Part shown: positions 16,415-25,725 of the stretch, in pieces
Numbering within the stretch: position 1 is the stretch's first letter
How the letters are laid out: each line of letters opens with the position of its first letter
IMG/VR virus record: IMGVR_UViG_3300021077_000087
Coordinates: 1 to 64,000 of that record
Length of the DNA: 64,000 nucleotides
Direction: 5' to 3' (one strand)
Source of the DNA: a virus
Translations under genes and position numbers: made by a program
The notes under the pieces: model-generated
Databases searched by the model: none
Told to the model about the DNA's origin: nothing
What the model saw: the letters and a program-made list of their open reading frames with translations, nothing else

Positions 16415-16647
16415 GATTTTGTAGGATTATTAATGTTTAATTTCTTTCCACATCGAATACACAATCCTTTTGATTTTGGATCTAAATGTCCATAAACCAA
16501 CCAGCATCGGAATTTGTAAAATCGGGATTTTTGATCAGCAACAAGAGGATCAACTTCTTGCATGTTGTCCATCACATATTTCTTATGTAGGAATAGAAGC
16601 TCATTCAATTTATCCTGAGCATCAGTAGTTTCTAAAAATGTTTTCAT
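16411..16647 (-). CDS. Hypothetical protein
   Basis: 78-aa ORF, overlap-coupled to the primase gene. Confidence 0.4.
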   Translation of the reverse strand: MKTFLETTDAQDKLNELLFLHKKYVMDNMQEVDPLVADQKSRFYKFRCWLVYGHLDPKSKGLCIRCGKKLNINNPTKS

Positions 16648-17546
16648 TTTATTAATTGTTTTACTAAATAATTTGCTTCATTTTGATCCATACTTCCAGG
16701 ATCACCTTCAATGTCAACACGAAATGCATCAACACCACGAAATTTCAATTCACCTACTAAAAGGTTGGCCTGATGTATTGCTTCAGATTCTCCTCCATCG
16801 AAACATACTGCCACACGGCTAAACGTCTTTGCAATGAGTCTGGTTTGCTTTGGAGTATATTTAATACCAGAAGTAGCAGCTGAGCAAGGGCCAAATCTCC
16901 AAACATCTGTCGGTCCCTCCACAATAATTCCTGTTCGCTTCCACTTTGATTGTTTTCCATATAGAATATGTTTATGCTCTATTTTTTCACGATTCTTTGG
17001 ACAAGCCATGTATTTCGATGGATGATGTCCGGTTATATCTCTGCTATCAAAACTAACTTGTTCATAATTCCAAAAGAATGGAATCATAATTCTAAATCGG
17101 TAATCAATTTTATCAAGTAAAGCAATTGGACCGGTTCCAAGCAAATTCCATTCTCTTTCCAAATAGTCAGGATCAAAGTTACGACCTTCCAAATATCGTT
17201 TGTGATTCTTTTGTAAAGGCATTACACCCGAAGGAAATTGATGATTTACTTTCTGAACTTCTGTTGGAATGTCTTTGTAATCAGGAAGTAGTAAGTTGTA
17301 TGTTAGCAGTATTTGCTTAGTTTCCTTTGCATTGGTTTTCAATAACTTCATTAATGTTGGAAAGACAGGCTTGAATCCACATCGCCAACAAACATAATGG
17401 TTTGATTGAATATTGAAACCAAGATGATACCCAACATTTCCTTCACACCATGGACATTCTGTGTTAACCCAACCAGGTCGGCAATGCTTGTGACCTTCGG
17501 TTCGATAATCTACAGAATAATCCTGATAAAGTTGCTCGATATTCAT
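16644..17546 (-). CDS. DNA primase (zinc-binding domain plus Toprim)
   Basis: CPWCEG...VCWRCG zinc motif, and Toprim IIVEGPTDVWRF with CFDGGESE. Confidence 0.75.
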   Translation of the reverse strand: MNIEQLYQDYSVDYRTEGHKHCRPGWVNTECPWCEGNVGYHLGFNIQSNHYVCWRCGFKPVFPTLMKLLKTNAKETKQILLTYNLLLPDYKDIPTEVQKVNHQFPSGVMPLQKNHKRYLEGRNFDPDYLEREWNLLGTGPIALLDKIDYRFRIMIPFFWNYEQVSFDSRDITGHHPSKYMACPKNREKIEHKHILYGKQSKWKRTGIIVEGPTDVWRFGPCSAATSGIKYTPKQTRLIAKTFSRVAVCFDGGESEAIHQANLLVGELKFRGVDAFRVDIEGDPGSMDQNEANYLVKQLIK

Positions 17547-17743
17547 AATGAATCTTCCAACATTTCATCCGACCAACACCAACCCATTCCATAGAATTGA
17601 TATGAATCTTCTACAAATCCTCTGATGGTTTGTGTTGTTCCAAGGTAAGGTTTCATACATTCTCTAAATGTGCATGATCCATATTCCACATCCACTTTCA
17701 AATCTTTCCTCACCTTTACTTTTTCATTTTGTTTATGCTTCAT
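17543..17743 (-). CDS. Hypothetical protein
   Basis: 66-aa ORF, overlap-coupled. Confidence 0.35.
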   Translation of the reverse strand: MKHKQNEKVKVRKDLKVDVEYGSCTFRECMKPYLGTTQTIRGFVEDSYQFYGMGWCWSDEMLEDSL

Positions 17744-17755
17744 AATAATTTATGA

Positions 17756-18019
17756 TTATGTTATATTTTCAACTTCATCAATCCACATTTTATTGAGAGC
17801 ATTACCAATTGATTTACCCTTAGTTTTTCGTGTAATAGGTTTAAATACAATCTCTTCATCTTGTATTTTTTGATACCTCATTCCTTCAATAAATGCTTGT
17901 TTTATTATAGCACTTATTTGAGATTGATATTTCCAAGGAATGTCTGTTCCTATGATAAAAAATTTGAAAGTTTCACAGGATTCCGCAATTTTTAATTCTT
18001 TATTTGTTAATTTTTTCAT
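17756..18019 (-). CDS. Hypothetical protein
   Basis: 87-aa ORF, overlap-coupled to the HTH gene. Confidence 0.4.
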   Translation of the reverse strand: MKKLTNKELKIAESCETFKFFIIGTDIPWKYQSQISAIIKQAFIEGMRYQKIQDEEIVFKPITRKTKGKSIGNALNKMWIDEVENIT

Positions 18020-18207
18020 GATTTTTCTTCAAATTTAATTATTAAATCACAACCCAATTGTTTTGCAATCCTTCTCAACATTTTAACAGTAGGACTTTTT
18101 ATTTCATGTTCAATCTGACTAAGATATGTCTGTGAAATTCCTGTCATACTTGCCAATTCCTTTTGAGTGAGTCCTTGAAATAATCGGATTTGTTTTATCT
18201 CTTTCAT
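18016..18207 (-). CDS. XRE-family helix-turn-helix transcriptional regulator
   Basis: LTQKELASMTGISQTYLSQIEHE is a classic Cro/C1 HTH. Confidence 0.8.
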   Translation of the reverse strand: MKEIKQIRLFQGLTQKELASMTGISQTYLSQIEHEIKSPTVKMLRRIAKQLGCDLIIKFEEKS

Positions 18208-18365
18208 AACTTTCGTATGTAATGTTGAGTTTTACCACACCCAGGACTATCTGCACATGGTACAAATAAATCTTTGAATGCACACAAAGTACATCGTTTT
18301 CTCTTTGGAGTATCAACGAGCACATAAATATGCTTTTTGTATACAAAACCTTTAGTGCGTATCAT
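18204..18365 (-). CDS. Small Cys-rich protein (53 aa)
   Basis: Hand-translated MIRTKGFVYKKHIYVLVDTPKRKRCTLCAFKDLFVPCADSPGCGKTQHYIRKL*. It has ATGA overlaps at both ends (18362-18365 and 18204-18207). Confidence 0.45.
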   Translation of the reverse strand: MIRTKGFVYKKHIYVLVDTPKRKRCTLCAFKDLFVPCADSPGCGKTQHYIRKL

Positions 18366-18763
18366 TTGTCACACCATATTAATTGTAGTGCTTCAATAAT
18401 TTTAGCACTCAAATAATTTCCATTTTTTGATGTATATTCAATAGGAGGATCAGAATTAAGAAAGTCCTGTAATTCATGAGCAATTCTTTGTAATATTCCT
18501 AAATCTGATAAAGCTGGCGCTGGCGGTTGTTGAGCTATTACAATTGGTTGCGTTGCATTTTTGTCAAACATACCAAGTAAGTTACCATTGAGCTTTTCAA
18601 TTCTTTTAGCAACATTCTTTAGATATTCTTCTTCTGCATCAGAATTATCATCAATTTCTTTTGAATGTCTTTGAACTGCTTTATGCAGAGCAATCAATTG
18701 AGCACGTTCATTCAGCATTTTATTTGCCAAAGTATTTATTTTGATAACATCACTTATTTCCAT
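18362..18763 (-). CDS. Hypothetical protein; its C-terminal domain is paralogous to two neighbouring small ORFs
   Basis: The C-terminus LGILQRIAHELQDFLNSDPPIEYTSKNGNYLSAKIIEALQLI matches the pattern seen in 18750..18935 and 19682..19888. Confidence 0.5.
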   Translation of the reverse strand: MEISDVIKINTLANKMLNERAQLIALHKAVQRHSKEIDDNSDAEEEYLKNVAKRIEKLNGNLLGMFDKNATQPIVIAQQPPAPALSDLGILQRIAHELQDFLNSDPPIEYTSKNGNYLSAKIIEALQLIWCDK

Positions 18764-18935
18764 CTTGTTTCTTTTTTGGTTCTAATCTCATCATGGGTAG
18801 TACTTCTACAATACTATTGATTAAATAGTTTGGATTGGTGGATGTTGTCCGGATTTCAGGTTCTAATCCAAGGTGTTGATTTAGGATTGCTGCGATGTTT
18901 TGTAATACTTCCAGATTACTTTTCTTGGTTTCCAT
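18750..18935 (-). CDS. Hypothetical protein, member of a small paralogue family
   Basis: LEVLQNIAAILNQHLGLEPEIRTTSTNPNYLINSIVEVL. Confidence 0.45.
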   Translation of the reverse strand: METKKSNLEVLQNIAAILNQHLGLEPEIRTTSTNPNYLINSIVEVLPMMRLEPKKKQDGNK

Positions 18936-19302
18936 CTTGTTTCTTTTTACGTGGTTTCTTTACTTTCGGAGCAAGTGTAAGTTCAATTGGTTTTTCCTTT
19001 TCCAATTTATCATAGAACATAACTGTTCTCCATGTTACTCTGCGAATAAAACCATCAACCCACTGACGATCATCAGCAGAAATCAATGCTTTCTTTTCTT
19101 GGATAAGCAAGAATTGGTTGCACATCCAATCAATGTTCAGATGTCCATTTTCTTTTACACGGCTATATGGACTTGACCGGAATCGTGTGAATTTATCACC
19201 AGCTTCACGGCGAATTTGATCACGTCTTGTTTCAATCAATTTCAATTCTTCATCAAAGAAGATTTTGAATTGTTCGGTTGCAAATGCTTCTGTGTATGTC
19301 AT
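18916..19302 (-). CDS. Hypothetical protein
   Basis: 128-aa ORF, co-oriented. Confidence 0.45.
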   Translation of the reverse strand: MTYTEAFATEQFKIFFDEELKLIETRRDQIRREAGDKFTRFRSSPYSRVKENGHLNIDWMCNQFLLIQEKKALISADDRQWVDGFIRRVTWRTVMFYDKLEKEKPIELTLAPKVKKPRKKKQDGNQEK

Positions 19303-19670
19303 TATTTTACAATTAAATCATCAGTTGTAAATACACCATCTTTTTTCAATTCAGCAAAAGATCGGTATTGATACCCTTTCTTGTGCATTTCCTTTTTCAA
19401 TTTAGGCATACGAAGGGAATTAAGTTTAGCAGCAAGTTCGTCAAGGTTTTCCTTCGCACTCTTTGTTTTGTACAAAGGAGTTACAACCAAACACATTTCT
19501 TTGATCTCATCAATTCGCACCATCCAAGTGCTACAAGGAGCTACAAAACTTCTTTCTTTGTTGTTGATAAATCCTACGATTCCATCAATTCTACAAATGG
19601 GTTTACCACCCCTTTTGTTCTTCATGAATTCTACTGCGACTTCGTCGCCCACCACGATGTTGTTTGCCAT
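19302..19670 (-). CDS. Hypothetical protein
   Basis: 122-aa ORF. Confidence 0.45.
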   Translation of the reverse strand: MANNIVVGDEVAVEFMKNKRGGKPICRIDGIVGFINNKERSFVAPCSTWMVRIDEIKEMCLVVTPLYKTKSAKENLDELAAKLNSLRMPKLKKEMHKKGYQYRSFAELKKDGVFTTDDLIVK

Positions 19671-19681
19671 TTTGTTTTTGT

Positions 19682-19888
19682 TTATTGATTAATTATTAAA
19701 TCCAAAGCTTCTTTTATTTTTGATTTTAAATAAGAAGCACTGGTACTTTCCAAATAAATTGCTGGATACAATCCCAATTCTTTTTGTAGTAATGCTGCAA
19801 TTTCTCTTAAAAGAATTACATCAGAATCTATTTTTATTTTTTGAGGAATGGGTATGTTTTTATTCCGTCTTTCAGTCTTTTCTTCCAT
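19682..19888 (-). CDS. Hypothetical protein, member of a small paralogue family
   Basis: ILLREIAALLQKELGLYPAIYLESTSASYLKSKIKEALDLI. Confidence 0.45.
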   Translation of the reverse strand: MEEKTERRNKNIPIPQKIKIDSDVILLREIAALLQKELGLYPAIYLESTSASYLKSKIKEALDLIINQ

Positions 19889-19900
19889 GACAATAAATTA

Positions 19901-20128
19901 TTATTCAAGAGTTATTTTAAGAATGGGAGCACCAACTTTTTTGGTATCTAATCCTAATGCCCGTTCGTAATCATGCCGGTAAGCTGGATGTGCTTCTGCA
20001 CATAAATCTTCATCTGATAAATCCTGCAAAAAGGATTCAGATAATTTTTTGTTAATAGCGTGAATGTGCTGAATTAAATTCGCACGGATTTCGTCTCTTG
20101 ATAAATTTTTCAAAAAAGATGTGTCCAT
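19901..20128 (-). CDS. Hypothetical protein
   Basis: 75-aa ORF. Confidence 0.4.
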   Translation of the reverse strand: MDTSFLKNLSRDEIRANLIQHIHAINKKLSESFLQDLSDEDLCAEAHPAYRHDYERALGLDTKKVGAPILKITLE

Positions 20129-20149
20129 AATTGTAAAGTTTTAATAATA

Positions 20150-20602
20150 TTAAATAATTCTAAAAGTTTTTGTTTCCATTACAGGCCACCAATATTTACC
20201 ATCGTTATATCCTTCATCTTCAGGGAATAACGGCAGATAAAAGTCCCGATCTTTTTCAATTAGTCTTGCTCGCATGGCTCTGTGAAATTCTTCATTTCCC
20301 AACCACCAAGGTGATTGATACCTACCATAGAAAATATATGGTTTATACTTTGTATGTATTCCGTGAATATTCGTACATTCCCATAAAAACTCATCAAAAT
20401 AAGATTTTAAAGCAGCTTCATAACCAACCCACATTTTAACTGCAGGGTGATTCATCCATGGTACTTTGTCTTTTGGACATTCTTCTAAATGAGATAAAAT
20501 AGATATGATTTGTTTGGCTTCAACTACCTGTTTCCAACATCGCTTCTTATCTAAAATATCTGCTGATTTTATAAAATCAGCATATGGTAGAAATGTTTGC
20601 AT
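20150..20602 (-). CDS. Pyrimidine-dimer DNA glycosylase-like protein (DenV / Pyr_excise family)
   Basis: The N-terminus MQTFLPYADFIKSADILDKKR..KQ..E..QI, followed by W.NHPAVKMW, matches the family pattern as I remember it. Confidence 0.5.
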   Translation of the reverse strand: MQTFLPYADFIKSADILDKKRCWKQVVEAKQIISILSHLEECPKDKVPWMNHPAVKMWVGYEAALKSYFDEFLWECTNIHGIHTKYKPYIFYGRYQSPWWLGNEEFHRAMRARLIEKDRDFYLPLFPEDEGYNDGKYWWPVMETKTFRII

Positions 20603-20604
20603 AA

Positions 20605-20898
20605 TTATGAAATTTTAATTTTATTAAATTCTGGTGCATTCAAATTTTCTTTAAGTTTTGGTAACAAAGATATGAGTTCCTCTACAATGTCTCTATCGAA
20701 CAAAAGACAAATTTCATATACAACTTCTGTAGGAAACATCCTTTGCATTGTAGCACAAAATGTATATTTTGCAACCCTTTTTTGCAACTTTGTCCATGTT
20801 GGATTTGCTTTCATAATTTCATTTAAGATAGCTAAATCACGTGTTAGTTTATCAAATCTGTCTTGTCTTGCTTTTAAAACCTTTCTTGTTGCTTTCAT
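20605..20898 (-). CDS. Hypothetical protein
   Basis: 97-aa ORF. Confidence 0.4.
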   Translation of the reverse strand: MKATRKVLKARQDRFDKLTRDLAILNEIMKANPTWTKLQKRVAKYTFCATMQRMFPTEVVYEICLLFDRDIVEELISLLPKLKENLNAPEFNKIKIS

Positions 20899-20902
20899 TT
20901 CA

Positions 20903-22714
20903 TCATTTTAAGTAATCATATTTTTTACCAAATGTTACATTTCCCTGTTTTTTTAATTCAGAATATACTTCTTTTGTAGCTTTTGTAATTTTGTCTAATT
21001 CTAAAAAGCTATTCATCAATTCACCTAATAATGATTTTTCATCTGTTTCTACACCATCCAAGACAGCATCAAGCACTTTACGTTTATCATCAAGTAAGTG
21101 TGCAATTCTTTCTTCGATTGTGTCAGCAGCTAATAAATAATGTATTGTTACAGAATCTTTTTGTCCTATGCGATGACATCTGTCCTCTGCTTGAACTAAT
21201 GCCCCAGGAGTCCATGGTAATTCCATAAAAGCTACATTTGAGGATACTGTTAGTGTTAAACCTATTCCAGCAGCTTGTATATTACCTACAAATAAACGAA
21301 TGTTTGGATCGTTTTGAAATCGATCTACAGCTTTATTTCTTTCATTCATGGATACCGACCCATCTATTTTTACGGCCAGAGAACCAAATTCACGCATAAT
21401 AGCATCAATAGATGATTTGTGCACACCAAACAGAACTAATTTTTGATCGGAATCCAGGAAGTTGTCAACCCAATCTATAACCTGATTCATTTTGCCTTGT
21501 ACAGCTAATTGTTTCAGAGTTTCAATTTTAGTAAGTGCTTCAGCATTTGATGCTTTGTCGGCTGCAGCTTTTCCTTTTGTATCTTTAAGGTAGGATATGA
21601 AATCAGATTCTGCATCATCATATACATCTTGGTTATCAAGTCCCATTGGAACAAATGATTTCAACTTGTCGGGTAAGTCTTTTAATACTTCAGATTTCTT
21701 TCTGCGAATCATAAAAGCATGAATCAATAATTTATGAAGTTCATCGGTATTTGATGCACCGGTAAAATCCCAACCATATCCATTGTACTTAGCAGCACAA
21801 AATCGTTTTGTATATACTTTGAAATTAGGAATAGCAGAGGAATTGATTATAGTCAAAGCATTATATGCTTCAATAGGTCTATTCACTATTGGAGTGCCTG
21901 ACAATCCTATAACGTGTGTGATTCCTTTAGCAAGTTTTTTAACTGCCTTTGTACGTTTGGTCGTACTGTTCTTTATAGCATGGATTTCATCCATAATTAA
22001 AACCTTTGGTGCTAATTTAATCAAAGCATCTACCCAAGAAGCTAACACGTCATAATTAATAATGATAATATCACTTTTAGTACTAAGATGATATGAAGTT
22101 TTGCCGGATAAAATTGCTACCTTTCTGTCAGTCATCCATTTGTATGCTTCTTGCATCCAATTTAATTTCAAAGATGCAGGTACAATAATCACAACTGGTT
22201 TTAATTCGGGATGGAGTTGCAACCAAGCAAGTGCTTGTACAGTTTTTCCTAATCCCATTTCATCGGCAATTAATGCCCTTCCATTTTTTTCTTCTATGAA
22301 ACCCACACCAACTTCTTGGAATGGAAATAGTTTATGTTTTAATCCTGGAACTTTGATAGGTTTTACGGTGCTTATTACTATTTCTTTTTCAACACCTGTA
22401 AAAGTATCCCTTCTCCGCAAAAGATCATCCACTTGTTCAGACAAAGTAAAACCCCAAGCTTTTAATTTTGCAGCGTTATAAATATCAAATTTACACGTCC
22501 AACATTTCATAGCTGCAATATATCTTCTATCAGTCAAAGTTTTAATTCTATCAATATCCTCGAAGTTAAAAGGAAATGATATTTTCAATACTTGTAAAGC
22601 ATAAGATTGTGAACCTTCAATTACTTCGACACGACGTAAAAGTTTTTGACTTTCCGACAAAAGTATTGGTGCAGGTGGTGTCATATGCGTTTTGGTTGTT
22701 ATAATTTTGGGCAT
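20903..22714 (-). CDS. SNF2-family DNA-dependent ATPase / helicase
   Basis: Motif I ADEMGLGKT, motif II DEIH, LSGTPI, and motif VI QAEDRCHRIGQ. Confidence 0.9.
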   Translation of the reverse strand: MPKIITTKTHMTPPAPILLSESQKLLRRVEVIEGSQSYALQVLKISFPFNFEDIDRIKTLTDRRYIAAMKCWTCKFDIYNAAKLKAWGFTLSEQVDDLLRRRDTFTGVEKEIVISTVKPIKVPGLKHKLFPFQEVGVGFIEEKNGRALIADEMGLGKTVQALAWLQLHPELKPVVIIVPASLKLNWMQEAYKWMTDRKVAILSGKTSYHLSTKSDIIIINYDVLASWVDALIKLAPKVLIMDEIHAIKNSTTKRTKAVKKLAKGITHVIGLSGTPIVNRPIEAYNALTIINSSAIPNFKVYTKRFCAAKYNGYGWDFTGASNTDELHKLLIHAFMIRRKKSEVLKDLPDKLKSFVPMGLDNQDVYDDAESDFISYLKDTKGKAAADKASNAEALTKIETLKQLAVQGKMNQVIDWVDNFLDSDQKLVLFGVHKSSIDAIMREFGSLAVKIDGSVSMNERNKAVDRFQNDPNIRLFVGNIQAAGIGLTLTVSSNVAFMELPWTPGALVQAEDRCHRIGQKDSVTIHYLLAADTIEERIAHLLDDKRKVLDAVLDGVETDEKSLLGELMNSFLELDKITKATKEVYSELKKQGNVTFGKKYDYLK

Positions 22715-22788
22715 GGGAAAGTAATTTAAAAATAGGTTCTAAAGATACGAAAAAGAAACGACAAATAAAAATTTTGAACGATTTATTT

Positions 22789-22971
22789 TTAATATCCTTT
22801 TGTTTCAGGATAATGCTTATCTTCAGCGGTGGATTCATTTTCCCATTCACGAAATGCTTTGTTTCTCCACACGATTTCCTTATGGTCATTGTGTGAAAAA
22901 ACAATAACTAAACATATTGCTACAAAAGCAATAAAAAAGATACCAATTAAAACATAATCAAAAGTTGTCAT
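22789..22971 (-). CDS. Small membrane protein
   Basis: 60 aa with one TM segment, VLIGIFFIAFVAICLVIVF. Confidence 0.4.
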   Translation of the reverse strand: MTTFDYVLIGIFFIAFVAICLVIVFSHNDHKEIVWRNKAFREWENESTAEDKHYPETKGY

Positions 22972-22976
22972 AATAT

Positions 22977-23333
22977 TTATTTTTTAAATGTATTAGCAAT
23001 TTCTAAAATTTCATCAATTAAATCGAAATACAAAACATAATCACCATCATTAGCAGGTATTCTTGCATGTACTGATGTCCAAAATTCAACAAGTTTGTGA
23101 TCTTCATTCTCCCAATCGAGAGAATGAAAATTAGTACATCTTGCAACACAAGGATACACAAAATCATCATTATTATTGAAAGCAAAATTTGGACAGTTTT
23201 TACAATTATGCTGAAGAAACAATGAACAAAGAGTACAATATGTACTATTACCATAAGTATGGTTCATTGATTTATCTTTATATCTTTCAATAAGTACTTG
23301 AATTGCTTCACGAACTTCGTTATTTGTTGTCAT
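22977..23333 (-). CDS. Cys-rich hypothetical protein
   Basis: CTLCSLFLQHNCKNCPNF...YPCVARC. Confidence 0.45.
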   Translation of the reverse strand: MTTNNEVREAIQVLIERYKDKSMNHTYGNSTYCTLCSLFLQHNCKNCPNFAFNNNDDFVYPCVARCTNFHSLDWENEDHKLVEFWTSVHARIPANDGDYVLYFDLIDEILEIANTFKK

Positions 23334-23614
23334 GATTCACTAATTGCTTTAATTGTTGGATGAATTTTTCTGTTTGCCAGTTCTAATGAAATTCGAGCTT
23401 TGTTTATGCTTAGAATTTTCATTGTATTTCTTTGATTGTACGCAGTAAGAAGAATCATATCTGAATATGCTTCTAATTCTTTAGCAGACAATTCATGATC
23501 TGCACCGGTTCTTATCAAATGCTTTAGTGGATGCTGTGTCATAGCTTTACTAAATGATGCCAATTTAACATTGATCCGATGATTATGCAAATCCACAAAA
23601 ACATACCAATCCAA
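23330..23614 (-). CDS. Hypothetical protein
   Basis: 94-aa ORF, overlap-coupled. Confidence 0.4.
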   Translation of the reverse strand: MDWYVFVDLHNHRINVKLASFSKAMTQHPLKHLIRTGADHELSAKELEAYSDMILLTAYNQRNTMKILSINKARISLELANRKIHPTIKAISES

Positions 23615-23639
23615 ATTAGGATATTTTTTACAGTTGTTT

Positions 23640-23975
23640 TCATATCTTCATAAAATTATAAAGTGGATAAAATATTTCTACATCTGTGCCTTTACGCACG
23701 ACAAATCCAGGAGTGAATTCATCTTCCATGTCCAAAAAGTCAGGATCACGTCTGCTTTCAATTTCGTATTCTTTCAACTCATCGTCAACATCATCACCAG
23801 ACCAATCCGACCAAACTATGCAAGAACAACCATCATTAGACATGATGATTAGCAAACTACCGAAATTGCATTCAGTCATTGAACTCTGAGCTTTGAATTC
23901 GGCAGGATAATTGTTGCCTGCAAATTCTGTGGCATATTGCTGTGCTAATTTTGCCAACTTTTCGTCTCGTGTCAT
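23640..23975 (-). CDS. Hypothetical acidic protein
   Basis: 111-aa ORF. Confidence 0.4.
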   Translation of the reverse strand: MTRDEKLAKLAQQYATEFAGNNYPAEFKAQSSMTECNFGSLLIIMSNDGCSCIVWSDWSGDDVDDELKEYEIESRRDPDFLDMEDEFTPGFVVRKGTDVEIFYPLYNFMKI

Positions 23976-24045
23976 ATTATTCTTTGTTTAGATAAAAAGA
24001 TTGTACAATTCTGTCAATCATTCGGGTATATCCATAAATACCTTC

Positions 24046-24168
24046 TCATTGTAGGTAAGAATCAAGCACTTGTCTTGCAGACATATAATTGATTTCTTGC
24101 TCTGTGTGATTTTCGAGCAAGTCTTTTAATACTCCAAGCTCACGTGCTTTTTGTACGTTATTTTTCAT
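24046..24168 (-). CDS. Small hypothetical protein (40 aa)
   Basis: Hand-translated MKNNVQKARELGVLKDLLENHTEQEINYMSARQVLDSYLQ*. ATGA overlap with the upstream small ORF. Confidence 0.3.
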   Translation of the reverse strand: MKNNVQKARELGVLKDLLENHTEQEINYMSARQVLDSYLQ

Positions 24169-24317
24169 AGCTTGAGAAAATTAAAGTTTTGTAACAAATA
24201 CTTTACATAATCAGTAACCCAGAGTTCACCTTTGAAAGTGAATTCAGTCTTTTTTTCTTTTACAGCTTTTTCCCATGCCTTTTTTAATTTTGGCAATTCA
24301 CTTATTTTTATTTTCAT
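24165..24317 (-). CDS. Small hypothetical protein (50 aa)
   Basis: Hand-translated MKIKISELPKLKKAWEKAVKEKKTEFTFKGELWVTDYVKYLLQNFNFLKL*. ATGA overlaps at both ends. Confidence 0.35.
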   Translation of the reverse strand: MKIKISELPKLKKAWEKAVKEKKTEFTFKGELWVTDYVKYLLQNFNFLKL

Positions 24318-24535
24318 ATTTCTACCTCCCATTCTTTTGCATTATGTTCATTAATATAAAAATGATATTTCAATCCATAGGTTACCGGAATTTGAAATGC
24401 TTCCGGTCTGGTTTTCCAAGTTTTAGTTTTGCCCCTCCTGCGACATTGAAGAGCACCACCTTTTGCATATGTTCGTGACACATGAAAAAATACACAAGCC
24501 TTTTCTTGGTTTTCTTTGGTTAATGCAGTTTTCAT
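24314..24535 (-). CDS. Hypothetical protein
   Basis: The ORF is 24314..24565. I prefer the start at 24535 (MKTALTKEN) because it follows the conserved AAAACTTACGAA leader and avoids the hairpin at 24560-24582. Confidence 0.4.
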   Translation of the reverse strand: MKTALTKENQEKACVFFHVSRTYAKGGALQCRRRGKTKTWKTRPEAFQIPVTYGLKYHFYINEHNAKEWEVEI

Positions 24536-24612
24536 TTCGTAAGTTTTAAATGATTGATACACCATGTTTTTGACGCATGGTGTTTCGGCTAATCAAGCTT
24601 CATCGGTCAACC

Positions 24613-24966
24613 TTATTTCATTTTTTCTGCAAGTTCTGCAAGCATTGCCAGCATTCCAAATGGGGGAGTGATTTTCATTCGATTCTTTACTATTGCAAGT
24701 ACCTGCATTTGCAACATAGGAGGTAACTCAGTAAACAATTGACAAACAAAAGTAGCTTTGTCATTTTGCGAACCAGATCCCATTTGTCTATGTTCCGTAA
24801 GCAACAGAATTGCTTCTTTTTCTTCAGCATTTTCTGTTGCTTGATCTTTAGCATTCCATGCATCAATAGCTTCATGCATTGCTTCAACCAACTTTTCACG
24901 ACTGGGATTTTCATTCCCTACTTCTGCAGAGTTTTCATTTTCTTCAACAACTTTCTCATTTTTCAT
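24613..24966 (-). CDS. Hypothetical acidic protein
   Basis: 117-aa ORF preceded by the conserved leader. Confidence 0.45.
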   Translation of the reverse strand: MKNEKVVEENENSAEVGNENPSREKLVEAMHEAIDAWNAKDQATENAEEKEAILLLTEHRQMGSGSQNDKATFVCQLFTELPPMLQMQVLAIVKNRMKITPPFGMLAMLAELAEKMK

Positions 24967-25013
24967 GATGTAAGTTTTTTAATTGTTTATATTAAACATC
25001 TTTCACCACCAAA

Positions 25014-25039
25014 CCCCATGCCGAATTAACAGCATGGGG
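25014..25039 (-). terminator. Intergenic hairpin / candidate terminator
   Basis: 8-bp stem CCCCATGC / GCATGGGG with a 10-nt loop, followed on the minus strand by TTTGGTGG. Confidence 0.4.
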
Positions 25040-25081
25040 CGAATCCCGTCAAGAAAAACTTACGGAAAAACTTGGCAGGAT

Positions 25082-25354
25082 TTATTGAAATATTTTAATG
25101 CTTCTGTATAAAGTTCTTGCTTTTGTGAGTTCATAAGCACCAAAGGTTTCCCACAAATCATATTGTCCATGATGAGCAATACCATCTTCATCTTGTGGAA
25201 ATACTGGACCTGTCATCACATGGAATACATTTCCATCCATATACATCTTTTTCCATCTTCCTTTGGATTCAACTTTTTCTACATAACCACAAGCAAAAGC
25301 ATATGCAGATAATTTACCACTTTTGAGAGTGAATTCAGTTCTAATATTTTTCAT
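25082..25354 (-). CDS. Hypothetical protein
   Basis: The ORF is 25082..25444. I prefer the start at 25354 (MKNIRTEF) because it follows the conserved leader. Confidence 0.4.
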   Translation of the reverse strand: MKNIRTEFTLKSGKLSAYAFACGYVEKVESKGRWKKMYMDGNVFHVMTGPVFPQDEDGIAHHGQYDLWETFGAYELTKARTLYRSIKIFQ

Positions 25355-25365
25355 GATTTGTAAGT

Positions 25366-25464
25366 TTATCTGGTCAATATTATTCTTTTGACTGCAACAC
25401 AAGTCTTTTTGCAAACCCTGAACTTTGGGCAATACACTGCACATTTCAAGTAGATTATTTTCAT
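25366..25464 (-). CDS. Tiny Cys-rich ORF (32 aa)
   Basis: Hand-translated MKIIYLKCAVYCPKFRVCKKTCVAVKRIILTR*. Preceded by the conserved leader. Confidence 0.25.
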   Translation of the reverse strand: MKIIYLKCAVYCPKFRVCKKTCVAVKRIILTR

Positions 25465-25487
25465 GATTTTGTAAGTTTTATGAAGGT

Positions 25488-25712
25488 TTATTTTTGTTCA
25501 ATTATATATGGATTGAAGCAACCAGAAACATATTGAACTTTATAAGTTTTTCCATTAAATTCTGTTGAACAAAAATCAATATCTTTTTTGGAGTGATCAA
25601 TTGTTTGTATATATCCAAAATCTGAAATATATACATTTGCAATATCAACATTATTTTCTTTACATAATTTTTTTAAAATAGCATTCAATAATCTTTTGTC
25701 AATGTTTTTCAT
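25488..25712 (-). CDS. Hypothetical protein
   Basis: Short form (MKNIDKRLLNAILKK...) of ORF 25488..25946. This start follows the conserved leader and removes the overlap with 25726..26058. Confidence 0.4.
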   Translation of the reverse strand: MKNIDKRLLNAILKKLCKENNVDIANVYISDFGYIQTIDHSKKDIDFCSTEFNGKTYKVQYVSGCFNPYIIEQK

Positions 25713-25725
25713 TTTTGTAAGTTTT

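Noticed and set aside
18119-18346. 75-aa minus-strand ORF overlapping the XRE regulator gene.
   Set aside because: It is out of frame with, and largely overlapping, the well-supported HTH gene. A different frame (18204..18365) gives a small ORF with ATGA coupling at both ends, which explains the gap better.
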